This document shows positions 25,590 to 39,270 of a DNA stretch of 64,000 nt, in pieces. The notes under the pieces are model-generated. The model did not search any database. It had not been told where the DNA came from and was given only the letters and a program-made list of their open reading frames with translations. The translations under genes were made by a program, and so were the position numbers. Position 1 is the stretch's first letter, and every line of letters begins with the position of its first letter. Origin of the DNA: Octopus vulgaris (taxonomy: Eukaryota); contig OX597821.1 of the NCBI GenBank assembly GCA_951406725.2, forward strand, positions 42,904,001 to 42,968,000, written 5' to 3'.

Positions 25590-26700
25590 CCACTCCAATT
25601 AAGCATAGTAAATCGCTTTATAGCTTAACATTAAACACGAAAAATTGCAATTTGAGAAATAGGCATTGGCCATATATGCATGCATATCTCACTGTTTGCA
25701 GTTGTTATGAAAATATTATTAAAGAATATAGGCCAGTTTGAAACTCACAAAATTTATCTATTAAATGTATTTATTGAAGTCATATTTGCTGTAATCACAG
25801 TAGAGAGAAAAAAACATTTTAAATTTCATTCACATTCAGAATGTGCTATATATCAGTTGGTTCTCCTCGTAACAAGGACTCGCGCAAGGTACCGGCAATT
25901 TGGGCAGTCACCTGGAGTGCTGTGTGCTTTTTAGCCTACATTTTCAGTTTTTCTCCTTGTAAAAATTTTAAAAAATTATACTTGTAAGGGTGCCGAAGTT
26001 CAGCTTGCCTGGGGCACCAGCAACCCTAGGGCTGGCCTTGCTCCTAACCTCTGACTGGTATAATTACTGTGCTTGCCCTTTTTTTTCTTAAATCAATATT
26101 ACATATTCTCATTAATAGATTAATGTTTGTTTATATTAATATTATTAACTGTTTTCTTGTTTGCATCTTTACACCAAGTAAAAAAAGAAAATGTGCTTTT
26201 TTATGTTTACTTCCGAACTAATAACCTGTCAGTTTTTTCAGTTGTTACTTTAATTTCTGTAATATGTTTTATGTGAATTACAACTCAGTGACAGAACCTC
26301 TGTGCAGTTGCTTGATCTGCAAGAAACTGCAGCCCAACCATCATCTACTTTCACAAGAAAAGGAAGTTAAAATGTAACAACTCATAAATAATTCATATTC
26401 ATATGGAAACTAAAAATGATATAATTTTTATGGTTTAAAAGGAAATTAAGCTACAATTTTTTCTCTAAAATAAGATATTTGCTTTTTAAAACAGCAATAA
26501 TGAGTTAACCTAGAAATTAAGTCATACTTGTTCCCCATACATAATTCTGCATGACTATATACATCAACGACTGGGATGAAAACATGACACACCCTTGCCT
26601 TCTAGCAATATTTAACATGTATGAGGTTCAACAGTGAGCAAGATAAGGTATTTTAGGGCAATTGTCTACTTCTGTTATTGTGTCTTGTAACCTAGAAAAC
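25590..26700 (+). repeat. Diverged duplicate of 38465-39270; carries an hAT-like MITE at about 25873-26040
   Basis: Colinear blocks: aatttgagaaatagg, ttacatattctcattaata, ttgcatcttta, ctgcaagaaactgca, ggaaattaagcta, gttaacctagaaatta, ccatacataattctgca. Confidence 0.8.
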
Positions 26701-27425
26701 TAATTAGGTCTCATGATTGGAGATGTGTCTGATATTATGAGAAAAACCATGTGATTTAAAATTTATTGAGAAGGACAAAAGTTCTCAATGCTTTTGATAT
26801 CATAACCCAACAGATATCAAACAAGTTAATGGCACACTTCACATGAGAATCTTTAAAAGTGGTGTGAGAAAAGACAGATAAGAAAAAACATTGTATTAGA
26901 TATATACTGCTCAATATATGAAAGGGTATTCAGTCCTGAGAGAAGGGGAAGAATGAATAATATAACCTGGTATGAGAAAGAGGTAGATAAATAGATAAGC
27001 ACATTGAAAAGGAATGCTTGTCCTTGTTCTGTATTGCCTCATTGTTTGCCTTTCCTCACTATGAAGTATAATTACTACGTAGATCTCATTCAGAGATTTA
27101 AAACTAGCTGTTTTACGCATTACAAGACCAGCGACTGTCTGTCACTTCTATATTTATATACTGTGAGTAGGGTTGAGTAAGCTATCTCTAGCTGGTGTTT
27201 GTCCAGCACCAAGTATGTCAAAATTACCCAGAAACTATTGGCCTGTTGGTACTGCTAGTGGCTAGGAGGGAGCAGTACACTTCCTTGCTCACAGTGTATT
27301 TTAGACACAGATTGTGTCCTTGTCCTGTGTACATAACCAGCTGGAAAAGATGTTTTCCTGGGATTAAAAGGTAATAACATGGTCCTATGTAGGACTGTCA
27401 CCTTACATTGGTAAATAGATTTTAC

Positions 27426-27457
<32 letters not shown>

Positions 27458-28386
27458 TGTATGTATTTATGTGACATTTAGTCATTCTTGGTTATTTTAT
27501 CTCCTGGTATTTGCATCCATTTAATTTTACATCCATTTTCCCATGCTAGAATGGTTTAGATGAAATTTCTTGAGGAAGATTTTCTATGTCTAGGTGGTTT
27601 TCCTGTTGTCAAGCCAATTATTTTCATTTTTATTCACTTATCACACATTGAAAACTGAAACAACTTTCGGTTTTGCTTATCAGAAGTTGAAAACAAACAC
27701 ACTATTTTCCCTCAGGTGGTATCATTGATTATATTCATATATACAGGCACACACTCATGTTCATGCATACACATGCTCCATCTACAAATTTCATTTAAAT
27801 ATCATGCTGTTTATATTTCTCATGCATCTCTCTTTGAATGTCCATACTATATTGGATAAAGATGCTGCATATCTAGCTTTTTTTAGAGAGGAAAACAAAG
27901 AACATACATCTTTATCGAATATGATATGGATATCTGAAGAGAGAGGCATGAGAAATATAATCATTATAGCAAACACAGAGAACAAGGCAGCAAATGTGAG
28001 CTCTGCACCAGTGAAAAAACTAAATATTATTACATCAACAGTGAATGTTTTAAACATTATGGAGGAAACGACCCCTCCCCACTTTGCCACTCCTCCAACC
28101 TGGATAAGTTCTTCTCTGGACACTGATTATAAGCATTATATGAACATTATACATACAAGATACATGCCCCATTAAATTTAGGTTAGATTCCCTCATTACA
28201 CAGATATATATCTTCATAACATCACATGATTCACAGAAAGGAAATACAAAAATTTATGAATTCACAACCCCATGGACTAAGTTTGACATCACAATCTTTA
28301 AAACTCCACAATCATGTACACATACTGAAACACAAACGAAATGTATAATGCAGGTGTGTATTTGAGTGTGTGTATATTTGTGCATG

Positions 28387-28434
<48 letters not shown>

Positions 28435-28509
28435 TAGATAGATAGATAGATAGATAGACTGATAGATAGATAGATAAATACATACATACATACATACATA
28501 AATAGATAT

Positions 28510-29260
28510 GTTTCTTTATTAGCCACACAGGGCTGCACACAGACAGAACAAATTACAAGGTAGAGCTTTTCTTTTGGGGGTAAAAAAAAGAGGGGGTTGG
28601 TTTTCGATCAAAAGGGATCGTAAAAGGAAAGAAAGAGGACAAAAAAAGGGGAGGATTTAAAAAAAAAGGATGGGGGAGGGAAAAAAAAGAAAAGGGGAGT
28701 TGATCAATAGGGATCGTAATCACAGACATGTCAATATGAAGTGTAAAGGGGAGGACAGGTGAGGTTTACCCGTGGAAAGAAAAGCCTACGGAAAAGACCA
28801 TGGTAACCTCGGTCAATGAAGTCACATGTTATATTTCTTTTTTTTTTTTTTTTGCATATAAGCAACTCTCTGTATTAATTTTTACGGTTCATAGAATCAT
28901 AGTCAAGGTGGCTTCGTCATTCATACGTGCCATCCTTGCTACATTCACCCATCTTTTTTTAAAACATTCACTAGACAAAACTTGCCTCTCTACTCTCACT
29001 TTCCTTTTCAAGTGATACTTGAAGAAGTTGATGAGAGATTGACCAGAGAGGAAAGTGTTTGTCTCTAATCCTTTCAGGCGTGTCCACCAGATACATTCTT
29101 TCGCCATAGCCACAAGTATGATAAAAATAGCTCTTCCTTCCCGTTTGAAGGAAGGAGGCGTGACGATATTAACAATAGACTCGGCTGATAAACCGACATG
29201 TCCCATATGTGACAGCAGTCGTTCGACATAAGCCCACAGGTCGGAAATTGCTGGACACTG
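28510..29260 (-). mobile_element. Tx1/L1-clade LINE 3' fragment in a (GATA/CATA)n tract
   Basis: ORF 28889-29206 is homologous to 36933-37370 (AKE..WWTRL.GL...FFK.HLKRK). The minus strand has an AATAAA near 28515. Confidence 0.8.
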
Positions 29261-29302
29261 AGATAGCTAGATGGATAGATAGGTAAATAGATAGAAAGAT
29301 AG

Positions 29303-29351
<49 letters not shown>

Positions 29352-29429
29352 TGTTATAATAAAAACCACAAGTCTTGTTAAATACAAGTGCCCAAGGTTT
29401 CCTGGTTGAAATAACAATTTATTCCACCA

Positions 29430-29660
29430 TTTTTCAAGTTGAGAACAAAACCATTTGTCATTGTTTGCTGAAATATATGCTTCATAAGCAACAGAAGGTA
29501 TATTACACTTCTGTTGTAGAGGACATTTAGATTTGTTTCTACATGTGCATTCAGGGCAGGCTTGAGTCATCTGTTGGTTATTGATATATTAGTTAACATT
29601 AGTGGGCAAGTGAAGGAAATCCTGGGTAGCTGTATTGAACAAGATTTGTAGTTTTTATTA
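29430..29660 (-). mobile_element. Penelope GIY-YIG fragment
   Basis: CTCRNKSKCPLQQKCNIPSVAYEA matches the Cys-rich start of the Penelope endonuclease. Confidence 0.6.
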
Positions 29661-29726
29661 AAACATTATCTTTATGCTCTTAGCTAACTGAGTGCTTTTC
29701 TACTTGTTGAAGCCTTACATTATAAT

Positions 29727-29768
<42 letters not shown>

Positions 29769-30130
29769 GTAGTTTAACTTTCACTTTTCTGGTGTGTGTG
29801 TATGTGCACATGTGCACATGTGGATTTATAATTATATTTATAAATTTGGGCATGCACAAACATTGTCACATAAAATGATTAAGGAATTAATCAGTTCATG
29901 GTGAATGAGTTCATTACAAAGAACTTAAGGATTATACAAGGGAGACAAGGTTCCCTCTCATGATCTGTACTTTTATGTACCCCCAAAATCTGGTAAAAAC
30001 TCTTCCAGCTTCATGTATTCTCATCCAAGATGGAAATGAGTACCAATGTTCCCATGAGGCAGGCTTAACAACCGTTAAGAGATTTCTTTCTTCATGAAAC
30101 CACTGGTATCTTTGTTAAGTCACAAATAAA

Positions 30131-30161
<31 letters not shown>

Positions 30162-30162
<1 letters not shown>

Positions 30163-30555
30163 GCGTAGGAGTGGCTGTGTGGTAAGTAACTTGTTTACCA
30201 ACCATATGGTTTCGGGTTCAGTCCCACTGCGTGGCACCTTGGGCAAGTGTCTTCTATTATAGCCTCGGGCCGACCAAAGCCTTGTGAGTGGATTTGGTAG
30301 ATGGAAACTGAAAGAAGCCCATCGTATATATGTATATGAGTGTGTGTGTTTGTGTGTCTGTGTTTGTCCCCCTAGCATTGCTTGACAACCGATGCTGGTG
30401 TGTTTCTGTCCCCGTTACTTAGCGGTTCAGCAAAAGAGACCGATAGAATAAGTACTGGGCTTACAAAAGAATAAGTCCCGGGGTCGAGTTGCTCGATAAA
30501 GGTGGTGCTCCAGCATGGCCGCAGTCAAATGACTGAAACAAATAAAAGAATAAAA
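30162..30555 (+). mobile_element. Full-length SINE family 1
   Basis: Closely similar to 20931-21344. Confidence 0.9.
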
Positions 30556-31639
30556 TAATATATATATATGTAAATGTCGAACAATGGAAATGAATGCTCA
30601 ACACCACATTGGTGGATATAATTTTTTTTATTTGTGAATTAAGGCTGCCATTGGTTTCATGTTAAGAAAAGTAGGAAAATATCCTAGTGTCTTAAAAATT
30701 TTTCAAGCTGAATACATGGATAATAGTTTCGTTTTGTTTAAGGGGCTTCTCGTAAATTTGCATAAATAAAACAATGAATCAAGGGATGTTACTCTTGAGT
30801 AACATCTTTTGGATGTTTGTCTCCCTTGAATTTGTCTTTTGGGCAAATTTTTTTGTGATCAATTTGTTTACATTATTTTGCATTCTTTTGGTTTTGTTCT
30901 GAGCATGGTGTTCTTATGTTTGTGTGCTGAGGTAGTTTGTCATTAGGGCATTTTTCTTTGTGTGAAGTTTGTGTGCTATGTGTGTTCACGTTTAGAAAAT
31001 GGGCTATCCTGGTAGGGTTACTCTTGTGTATAGGGGCTCCTTGAAATATTTGAGTTTAAAATATATCACTTTCACTCTGCTATGGCAAGAAGAGATCTCA
31101 ATAACAACTCTCATGCAAACCCCACGAACAACTCATAAAATCATGACACAACACAACAATGAAAGAATTAATGACAAGAATGACACTATAGCCAATCACG
31201 GTGAAAGTTTCCTGCCTGGCATGTCTGAAACTGCCTGCATCAGGGGCAGTCATCTGGCCGCAGATGGTCATTATGTCACAAGAGATCACATACATGGTGT
31301 GTGCAAGAACAGACATAAGTAGATGAAGGAAGAGTACGTTACACTTATTGAATGTCATGATAGAGCAAAGCTGGAAAGAAGTTGCAGAGTAGGCTGACAT
31401 ACCTTGAAATTTTGGATGGAAAAGGATATGTATCTAATGTGAGAAAATAAACTAATGAACCAAGTGAGAGTGGCTGGGAAGAAGGGTTACTTAACTGGAG
31501 TAGAAATAGCTCGGATTAGTGAGAGTCTGAGAGACCCAGCAGATGGACTACAAAGGATGGTCGGAGTTGAAAACAGCGAAGTAGGAGTTGAAAGCAGAGA
31601 GAAGAGCAGACAGGAGGAACAGGGAAATGGTGATAACAA

Positions 31640-32190
31640 TGTCCTGATGCAGTACCAGGCAGTGGCTCTCATGGCTTCTGATCTGAACTAATTGGAAGTG
31701 TTATCATGTGCATTGTTTTGTATTGGTATAGAAGATGGGCTACAGCAAATATTCTGCTCAGTACCACAGCTTTGCTTGTCAGTTGCTTGACCATAACCAG
31801 GTGCACATGCCTCTTAGTGGCTGATGATATGTGCATCTCTGATCACAAGCAGAAGTAGTGGGGGAAGTATCATAGCCATGTGTAGAGAGGAATTCTTTGG
31901 GGTTCGAATAATTCACTTCAGGAAACATGAGTGTTTCGTTCAACATCTTTAAACAACACTTATTCAGAGACATTTTAAGCAGGATGGGCTACTCAACTTG
32001 AAGAAAATTCTAACTGGGTACCACTTGTAAGGTCACGCACTGTTTATTTTGAAATGAGATAACCATGTTGTGCACATATAGTTGTGATGCATGTGCCTAG
32101 TGTACCCTTATCCGATGGGTATACTGGGCTTCATATATTTTACCTCAGCGTCATTTTGATGCATGCACTGCTCTCTTACTCAGTAATAAA
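31640..32190 (+). mobile_element. Interspersed repeat (SINE or LINE 3' UTR) with an (AAT) tail
   Basis: Its 3' part matches 21385-21620 (gatgggctactcaac.tgaagaaaattctaactggg...gtgtaccctta). Confidence 0.65.
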
Positions 32191-32212
32191 AATAATAATG
32201 ATGGCGATAATA

Positions 32213-32274
<62 letters not shown>

Positions 32275-34793
32275 GGTGGTAGTGGTGGTGGTGGTGATGG
32301 TGGTACTGGTGGTGCTGGTGGTCATTCCTGTTGATTTCAATGTATGTGTGTTTGAAGGAGAGGATTTAAAAGGAGACAAAAAAAAAATAAAATGATACAA
32401 AGAAGAAACAACTTCAAAAATAAAAGAATAAAAGAAGCTGCATCTATTTGTGATGGATGTGTAAATATGATTTGAGTCCTGGTATTGCTTTTGCTATGAA
32501 GTCACAATGGAGACACTGATGATTTTGATTTTGCCTGGGATTGGGAAAATGTGTCTGTTGATTGCAGGATAAAATTCTTTTATTGTTCTGTTTCTTCAAC
32601 TCAAATTGTTTGAACGCATCATGACACATTTTACGCTATATAGATGAATCTAGGCTATAACTTTCTCAAGATGTTAGATTAAGCTGTAGAGGCTTTAATG
32701 ATTGATTCAACTTATCCTTATATCTAAGGATAGATCTTCCCTTATCACGGTGTCCTTCTACTTGTTAGTATACAAAAGAATTTTCGGAGTCATCTTTCGT
32801 TTAAACATGTCCTACCCATCTGCACTGAATTCTCAGCAGCATGCTTTTGATACTGGAGATATCACATTTTTCTAAGATTTTGACATTTGATATCTTGTCT
32901 CGTCATTTATGTTGTAGATATTGCACAGAATGTACATGTGAAAGGCTTCAAGTTTCTTTATATGACTGTGGTAGGGAGTCCATGCTTGTACTCAAAATAT
33001 AAGATTTGCAAACACTTAATTTGGTTTTCAGACTGACACCATGTTCATCCCACAGACAGTGGCAAAGTTTTCCAAAAGCATTCGCAGCTTTAGATATTCT
33101 AACATTGATTTCATCATTAAGAGTATTTTTCAAGTTTACTGTACTTCCAAGATGTTTAAATGACTTGACCCAGTTGAGTGGCTTGTTTGTTATCAATCAT
33201 TACATTTGAATCTCAAGTATGTTCTGCCTCAGGTTTCAGTTGGAATAAACTTGTCTTCTTGAGACTGATAGTCAGTCCAAACAGTCTGCTACTGTTTCCT
33301 GAATTCCTTTAAACACATGACAAATCAAAAGTGCTATAATCAGCAAACAGAAAGTCATGTAGAATCTCTAATTTGATCCTTTTCTTTGATCTGAAACTTT
33401 GCCCTTTTACATTAGAAGACTTCTTTCTGTGTGAAACTGGGATTTTACACCTTCACAGTAATCCCTAAAATGTGTTAGAGCACCATTGAAAAGAATATGG
33501 AAAAAAGTACAGGAGCTAAAACATAACCCTAATTGTTTCCAGTGTTGACAGAAAATGCCTCAGAACATTGGCTGCTAGATGTTGCTGTTGTCATCATTCC
33601 TTTGTGCAGAGATACTATTAACCTTACATTTTATCAGGAAGGCTGACCTTTGACGAAATTTTCTAGATCCTCATGATTCAATGTATGAAAGGCCTTGGTC
33701 AAGTCAACAAAGACTATGTACTAGTCACTAATTTGCTCACATGCTTTTCCTTGAACTTGCTGAAGGGAAAAAAATCATGTCAATTGTGCCTCTCCCAGTC
33801 CGGAATCCACATTGAGATTCAGAATATATGCTGTTTACTACATGCATATTAATGCAGTTAAGAATCATCCTTGCAAGAATTTTTCCAGTAATGCACAAAG
33901 AATTTATTCCTCTGTTATTATCACATACACTCTTCTTCCCTTCATTTTTGTACAAGTGTGTTATAGATGCATCTTTGAACTATTGGGGAACAGATCCACT
34001 TTCCCAAATGAAACAGACCGATTTGCACAACCTTCTTACAAGTTGTCTACCATCATGCTTGTACACTTCTATGGGAAATACTGTCTTGTCCAGGAGCTTT
34101 ACCAATGGAAAGTTTTTTAATAGCAGTACTTACCTCTTCCAAGGAAGTATCTTCCTCAAGTTTCTCAATTACCGGCCTCTGAAGGATTTCCTTGATTACT
34201 TCAGGATCGGTGGTGGATTCTTGATTTAAAGTGTTCAGTTAATTTTTTCAGAATTACATCTTAGCTACTTAAGAGTTTGACCCATTGTTTGAAAAAATTG
34301 GTTCTGTCTCACCCTTTTTTGGGCCAAACACATCTTTCAGATTGTTATACAATGCTCTCAGGTTGTGAGAGTTAGTAGCCTGTTCCAATTCTTGGGCCCA
34401 TCAAGACTTTTTCATCTCACACAGTTTTTTGAGTAGTTTTTCTTAGAGGAAATGTATAGGAATCTGAGTGATGGTAAGTTTTTGCTTGAGATCTATACCT
34501 TGTGTCTTCTGTGTATAGTTTCTAAGAGAGGTTTGATTTGAGAATCATTTTCATTGAATCAATCTTGGTGCTTGTGTTTGACAAATTCTAGAACTTCTTC
34601 AGTAGATGATTTGATGCTGTCATAAATATTTTGCCACAAAACTTCAAGATCATTTCTTTCCTCTATGTTCTCAAGCTTTGAATTTAGATGCATTTCAAAA
34701 GTTTTTGCTTTATCTGGATTTTTAAGAAACACACATTCATTCTCAATGGTGTACTGGATCTCAGTAGTCTCTTTGTATATGGTTTAACAAATA

Positions 34794-35897
34794 TGTAGAA
34801 CGACCGTGCGAAAAGGAGAGGTGACGAATGAATGACTCCTTTAAACACCAGACGGTTGCCTTACAATAAAAGCCAAAATATGGATAAATGAATTCAAGTG
34901 CCAGAATGAATAAGGAAGACGACGACACAACTGTAAAAGATTTAAGAGAAAGATTTTATTTAGATGTTAGCAGGGTGTATATCTGTGAGTGCGACATAAG
35001 TACGTACATAATAATAATAATAGGCAGGCCGTCATGCATACAATAATGTGTATGTGTGTACAGACAAGGGTGTATGTGTGAGATAAAATGCAGAGCATAG
35101 AAAGTGGTTACAATAGGATGCTAGATGAATGTTCAGACACAAGATGAAAATAGATACCAGTTCGTAGTAAGATACACAATAGTTAGTGCTATACAAGAAG
35201 TTGAGGCTACAAATTGTAGAGCCGGTGGAAACTCATGTTGAGTAAGCGGTTGTAGCTTCTATGCTGTGCTGGGTTACTTGATACAGGAAATTCTCCATGG
35301 TGAAGTAATTCACAAACAGTGAGAAGTTAAACCTGGGTGAATATTGGTGTGTATGTAGAGATGTTGTTAGAGATGTTGTTGGTGTCGTTAAGATGAAGGT
35401 GGTGAAGGNNNNNNNNNNNNNNNNNNNNNNNNNNNNNNNNNNNNNNNNNNNNNNNNNNNNNNNNNNNNNNNNNNNNNNNNNNNNNNNNNNNNNNNNNNNN
35501 NNNNNNNNTCCTGTATACTGCTGGTGGTGTTGTCGCTGGAACTGGCTGAGTCGCTGGAACATGGCTGAGTGCTCTGTGGTCAGAGGTTAGTCTTTAGAAG
35601 GACTAGAACCAAAGATGAGATATGATTTGTTGTGACTAGCTTTATAGAGATTAGTAGGCTTCAGAAGAGAATTTGGAAGACTGTGTCATGGGGCCTTATC
35701 AGAAGGCTGTGATTGGTTGGGTTGCACATTGGCATGAAATAAAGCAAGAGACAAACTGCACCAAAACCAACCAATCAGAGTAGTGGACACAACTGGGCCT
35801 AAGCAGTTGAAGGTTAGCTGTTATCTGCTACGTCCGTATTTGTGTTATATATGTCAGAGAGAGAGAGAGAGAGGATTTCACTAAGGGGTATGCTATA
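34794..35897. mobile_element. Solo LTR-like insertion with a 4-bp TSD (contains the assembly gap)
   Basis: Termini TGTAG...CTATA (from CTACA). AATA occurs at 34790-34793 and 35898-35901. Removing the insert restores the LINE frame VHSKVFVKPYTKR. Confidence 0.7.
35409..35508. other. Assembly gap (100 N)
   Basis: Run of N; true size unknown. Confidence 1.
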
Positions 35898-36297
35898 AAT
35901 ACCTTACTGTGAACCATTCTGTGATCCAAATAATAATACTTGGGAGTTTTGTGAGCTCTGGTTAATCTGAAATCACAGCAATCTTTGCTCTTAGTGATAA
36001 CATAATCAATCATGTGTCAGTTACCAGATCAGGAATGCTTCCAGATGTTTTTATATTTATCTGCCTGCTGAAACACTGACCTTGTGATTGTTAGATGGAA
36101 GTGGCAATAATAATTATAATCCTTTCTACTATAGGCACAAAGCCTGGAATTTTGAAGGAGGGGGTCTAGTCGATTACATCGACTCCAGTACATCACCGTA
36201 CTTATTTTATTGACACCAAAAAGATGAACAGCAAAGTTGACCTTGGTGGAATTTGAACTCAGAATGTAAAGATTGAAGGATTTTGCCTAGTATGCTC

Positions 36298-36630
36298 ATC
36301 ATCATCATCATCGTTTAACGTCCGCCTTCCATGCTGGCATGGGTTGGACGATTTTGACTGAGGGTTGGCGAACCAGACGGCCGCACCAGGCTCCAATCTT
36401 GATCTGGCAGAGTTTCTACAGCTGGATGCCCTTCCTAATGCCAACCACTCCGAGAGTGTAGTGGGTGCTTTTTATGTGCCACCGGCATGGGGCCAGTCAG
36501 GCGGTACTGGCAATGACCTCGCTCGAATCTTTTTACACATTCCACTGACACAGGTGCCAGTAAGGCGACGTTGGTAACGACCACGCTCGAATGGTGCCCT
36601 TTTACGTGCAGCCGGTACGGAGCCAGCTCA
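36298..36630 (-). mobile_element. RTE 3'-UTR-derived element, same tail as 1150-1601
   Basis: (CAT)n-cgtttaacgtccgcc...ggatgcccttcctaatgccaaccactcc. Further copies at about 20225, 42560, 44030 and 46520. Confidence 0.8.
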
Positions 36631-36659
36631 TGATTCTGTCAATTTGCTGCTCTAATAAT

Positions 36660-38267
36660 AATAACAATTAATTCTTTTATTGGCCACAAGGGCTGACAAA
36701 AATTAATTATAACATAAAGGGACAAAACAGGACGAAAGTTACAAAGGGTTTTGTCCATTTGTGAAAAATCCGTGTAAAAAACCGTGTAACAACGAAAAAT
36801 ATTCAATAATGAAAAAACTCCCAATAGGGGGAGGCGTTACGAAAGGTTCCTGGTGGAAAAACCCATAAAAGCCACGGGAGCCTGGTCAAAAGGGGAGTAG
36901 AGAGCCCCTTTCTCCTTTTGTAATACCTTTTCTTACAGGTGTATCCCCAGAATGGCTTCTTTCATACTGGCCATTCTTGCGACATTTATCCACCTTTCAG
37001 TAAACTTGCTATCGGACAACACTTCTCTCTCTACTCTCATCTTCCTTTTCAAGTGAAACTTGAAAAAGTTGATGAGGCCTGGGCCAAAGAGGAATGTGTC
37101 TGACCTTAGCCCTCTTAAACGGGTCCACCATACCACCTCTTTCGCTACAGCCACTAGGCAAAGGAAAACTGCCTTGCCCTCCCGGTTAAAGGAGGTCAGC
37201 GGGGCAATCTTCACTATGGATTCAGCTGATAGCCGGATCCGTCCTATACGCGACAGTAGCTGTTCGACATAAACCCAGTTCAGCAATACTCGGACACTGG
37301 ACGAGAGCATGCAGAACGGTTTCGCCGTCCTGGCAGCACCTCGGGCAGACCCGGCTGACGGCACTTCCATGCCGGTAGAGTTTATCCCGAACAGGCAGAG
37401 CCCCTCGGTAACACTGCCAGGCGAGGGACCTCTGGAAATAATCCATTGGCCCCGGCCCGAAAGTCCTTCCGAACAGACTGCTCAGCTTGTTATCATCAAC
37501 GCCTAGAGTTTCCCCGAGAACGTCGTCGCACTTTTCTTCCACTAACCCTCTATAGAACGCTAGAGTGGAACTACTACCGATCGCATTGCCCGCTTGGCGG
37601 AGGGCGGAGAGAGCTTGATGGCACTCGAGGTGCCAAACGCCCTTTCTCGGTCTGCGTTTGATCCAGGTTTGCAGCTCTGTCAAAGAGACGAGCTGCAGAA
37701 AGTCACGTCTGACAAACGACGATTACACCTGTTCACCGTCTAGGAAACGCTTGAGATGCCGTAACCTGAGCGCATGTCTGCGCATCAGTAACCACGGCAT
37801 GCCAAGGCCTCCGTTCAGCGGTCGTTGACAGCAGATGGATCGCCTGACCACTGGTACCTGACCCTTCCACAAAAAGTCAAAGAGCAAGCGTACCAGCTTG
37901 GCCAACCAGCGGTCGGGACAAGGGACGACGGTCAAGCGGTAATAGATGACGGATGCGATGTACGCATTTGCCACCTCCGCTCAACTTTTCAGGGATAGCT
38001 TCCTCTCGGCCTATTTCTGGGTGAGATTGGCCACCCTACTCGTCACTTCTTCCCAGTTTTTATCCACCTGGAGGTCCGGACCGAACCAAACCCCCGTAGG
38101 TCGCTGTTGGACGGCATGGACTTGCCTCCCCAGGTGCCTAGTTGCAAGCCCACGGACTTTTCCGCGTTAATTTTTGCCCCTGTCACCGCTTCGTATTCGT
38201 TCAGCGTCTCGCCGGTCAGGTCACTGTGCCAGTGGCTTGACACCATCACGGTGACATCGTCGGCATT
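36660..38267 (-). mobile_element. 5'-truncated Tx1/L1-clade LINE in an (AAT)n tract
   Basis: ADDVT near 38250-38265; GAKINAEKS; FDFLWKG...LNGGLGMP; zf-RVT-like CPRCCQDGETVLHALVQC. Frameshifted. Confidence 0.9.
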
Positions 38268-38464
38268 CTAATAATAATAATAATAATAATGGTTTAAAAT
38301 TTAAGCATAAGGCCAGTAATTTCGAGGTGGGAGTAAATCAATTACATCAACCCCCGTCATGAACTGGTATTTATTTCATTAACAAAGAACTGGTGAACGA
38401 GAAAGTCAACTGCAGCAGAATTTTAACTCAAAACAAAGAAAGATGAAATGCCACTAAGAACTAG

Positions 38465-39270
38465 TAATTAAGCATAATAAATTGCTTTAGAACTTAAGCC
38501 AGTAAATGTGAAAAATTGTAATTTGAGAAATAGGCGTGGGCTGTACGCAGGCGTATTTCATCGTTTACATGTTAGTAGGTGCTACTCCTTCCCTCTGGTT
38601 GGTATAAATACTGTTTGCTCTTTTTTTCTTAAATTAATGTTACATATTCTCATTAATAATGTTTGTTTATTTATATTAATGTTATTAACCGTTTTCTTGT
38701 TTGCATCTTTATACCCAGTAAAAAAAAAAACTTGCTTTTTTGTTTACTTCCTATTGGGAAGTAAACAAAAAAGCAAACCTGTCAGTTTGTTCAGTTGTCA
38801 TTTTGATTTCTGTAATATTTTGTATGGGCGATCCTGTATGTAAATTACAACGCAACAGAATCTATGTGCAGTCGTTTGACCTGCAAGAAACTGCATCTCA
38901 ACTATTTACTATCACAGGAAAAGGAAGGACAAGTTAAAATGCAGCAGTCCTTTTGTAAGCTCATAATTTATATTCATATGGAGACTATACATGATGTAAT
39001 TTTTATGGTTTGAAAGGAAATTAAGCTACGATTTTTTTTTTTTAAATAAGATAATTTGTGCTTTTTAAAACGGCAATAATGGGTTAACCTAGAAATTAGG
39101 TAAAACTAGTTCTCCATACATAATTCTGCACGACTGTACATGAACTACTGGGACGTAAACGAGAGGCACCCTTGCCGTCTAGGGCTATTTAACATGCATG
39201 GGGTCCAATAGTGAGTAAAATAAAGTTTTTTTTGTGGTATTATCAACTTCTGTTAAACTAAAAAACTAGT
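38465..39270 (+). repeat. Diverged duplicate of 25590-26700
   Basis: Shares the colinear blocks listed for 25590-26700 but lacks that copy's insertion at about 25680-26040. Confidence 0.8.

Larger units (their letters stand above)
32440..36100 (-). mobile_element. Degraded RTE/BovB-like LINE (endonuclease end, RT, C-terminal zinc finger), interrupted by a solo LTR
   Basis: IDYVIT..DHRMV (35828-36013); NRGI...GKILAR..ESQCGFRTGRGTIDMIF (33737-33955); FKHLGS..EINVRISKA..AFGKL (32948-33196); CLHCDF..GLKSYLHIH (32444-32629). Confidence 0.85.

Noticed and set aside
27791-28175. Overlapping ORFs, one hydrophobic and membrane-protein-like
   Set aside because: No recognisable motif or splice context. 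The region is explained by an inverted repeat.
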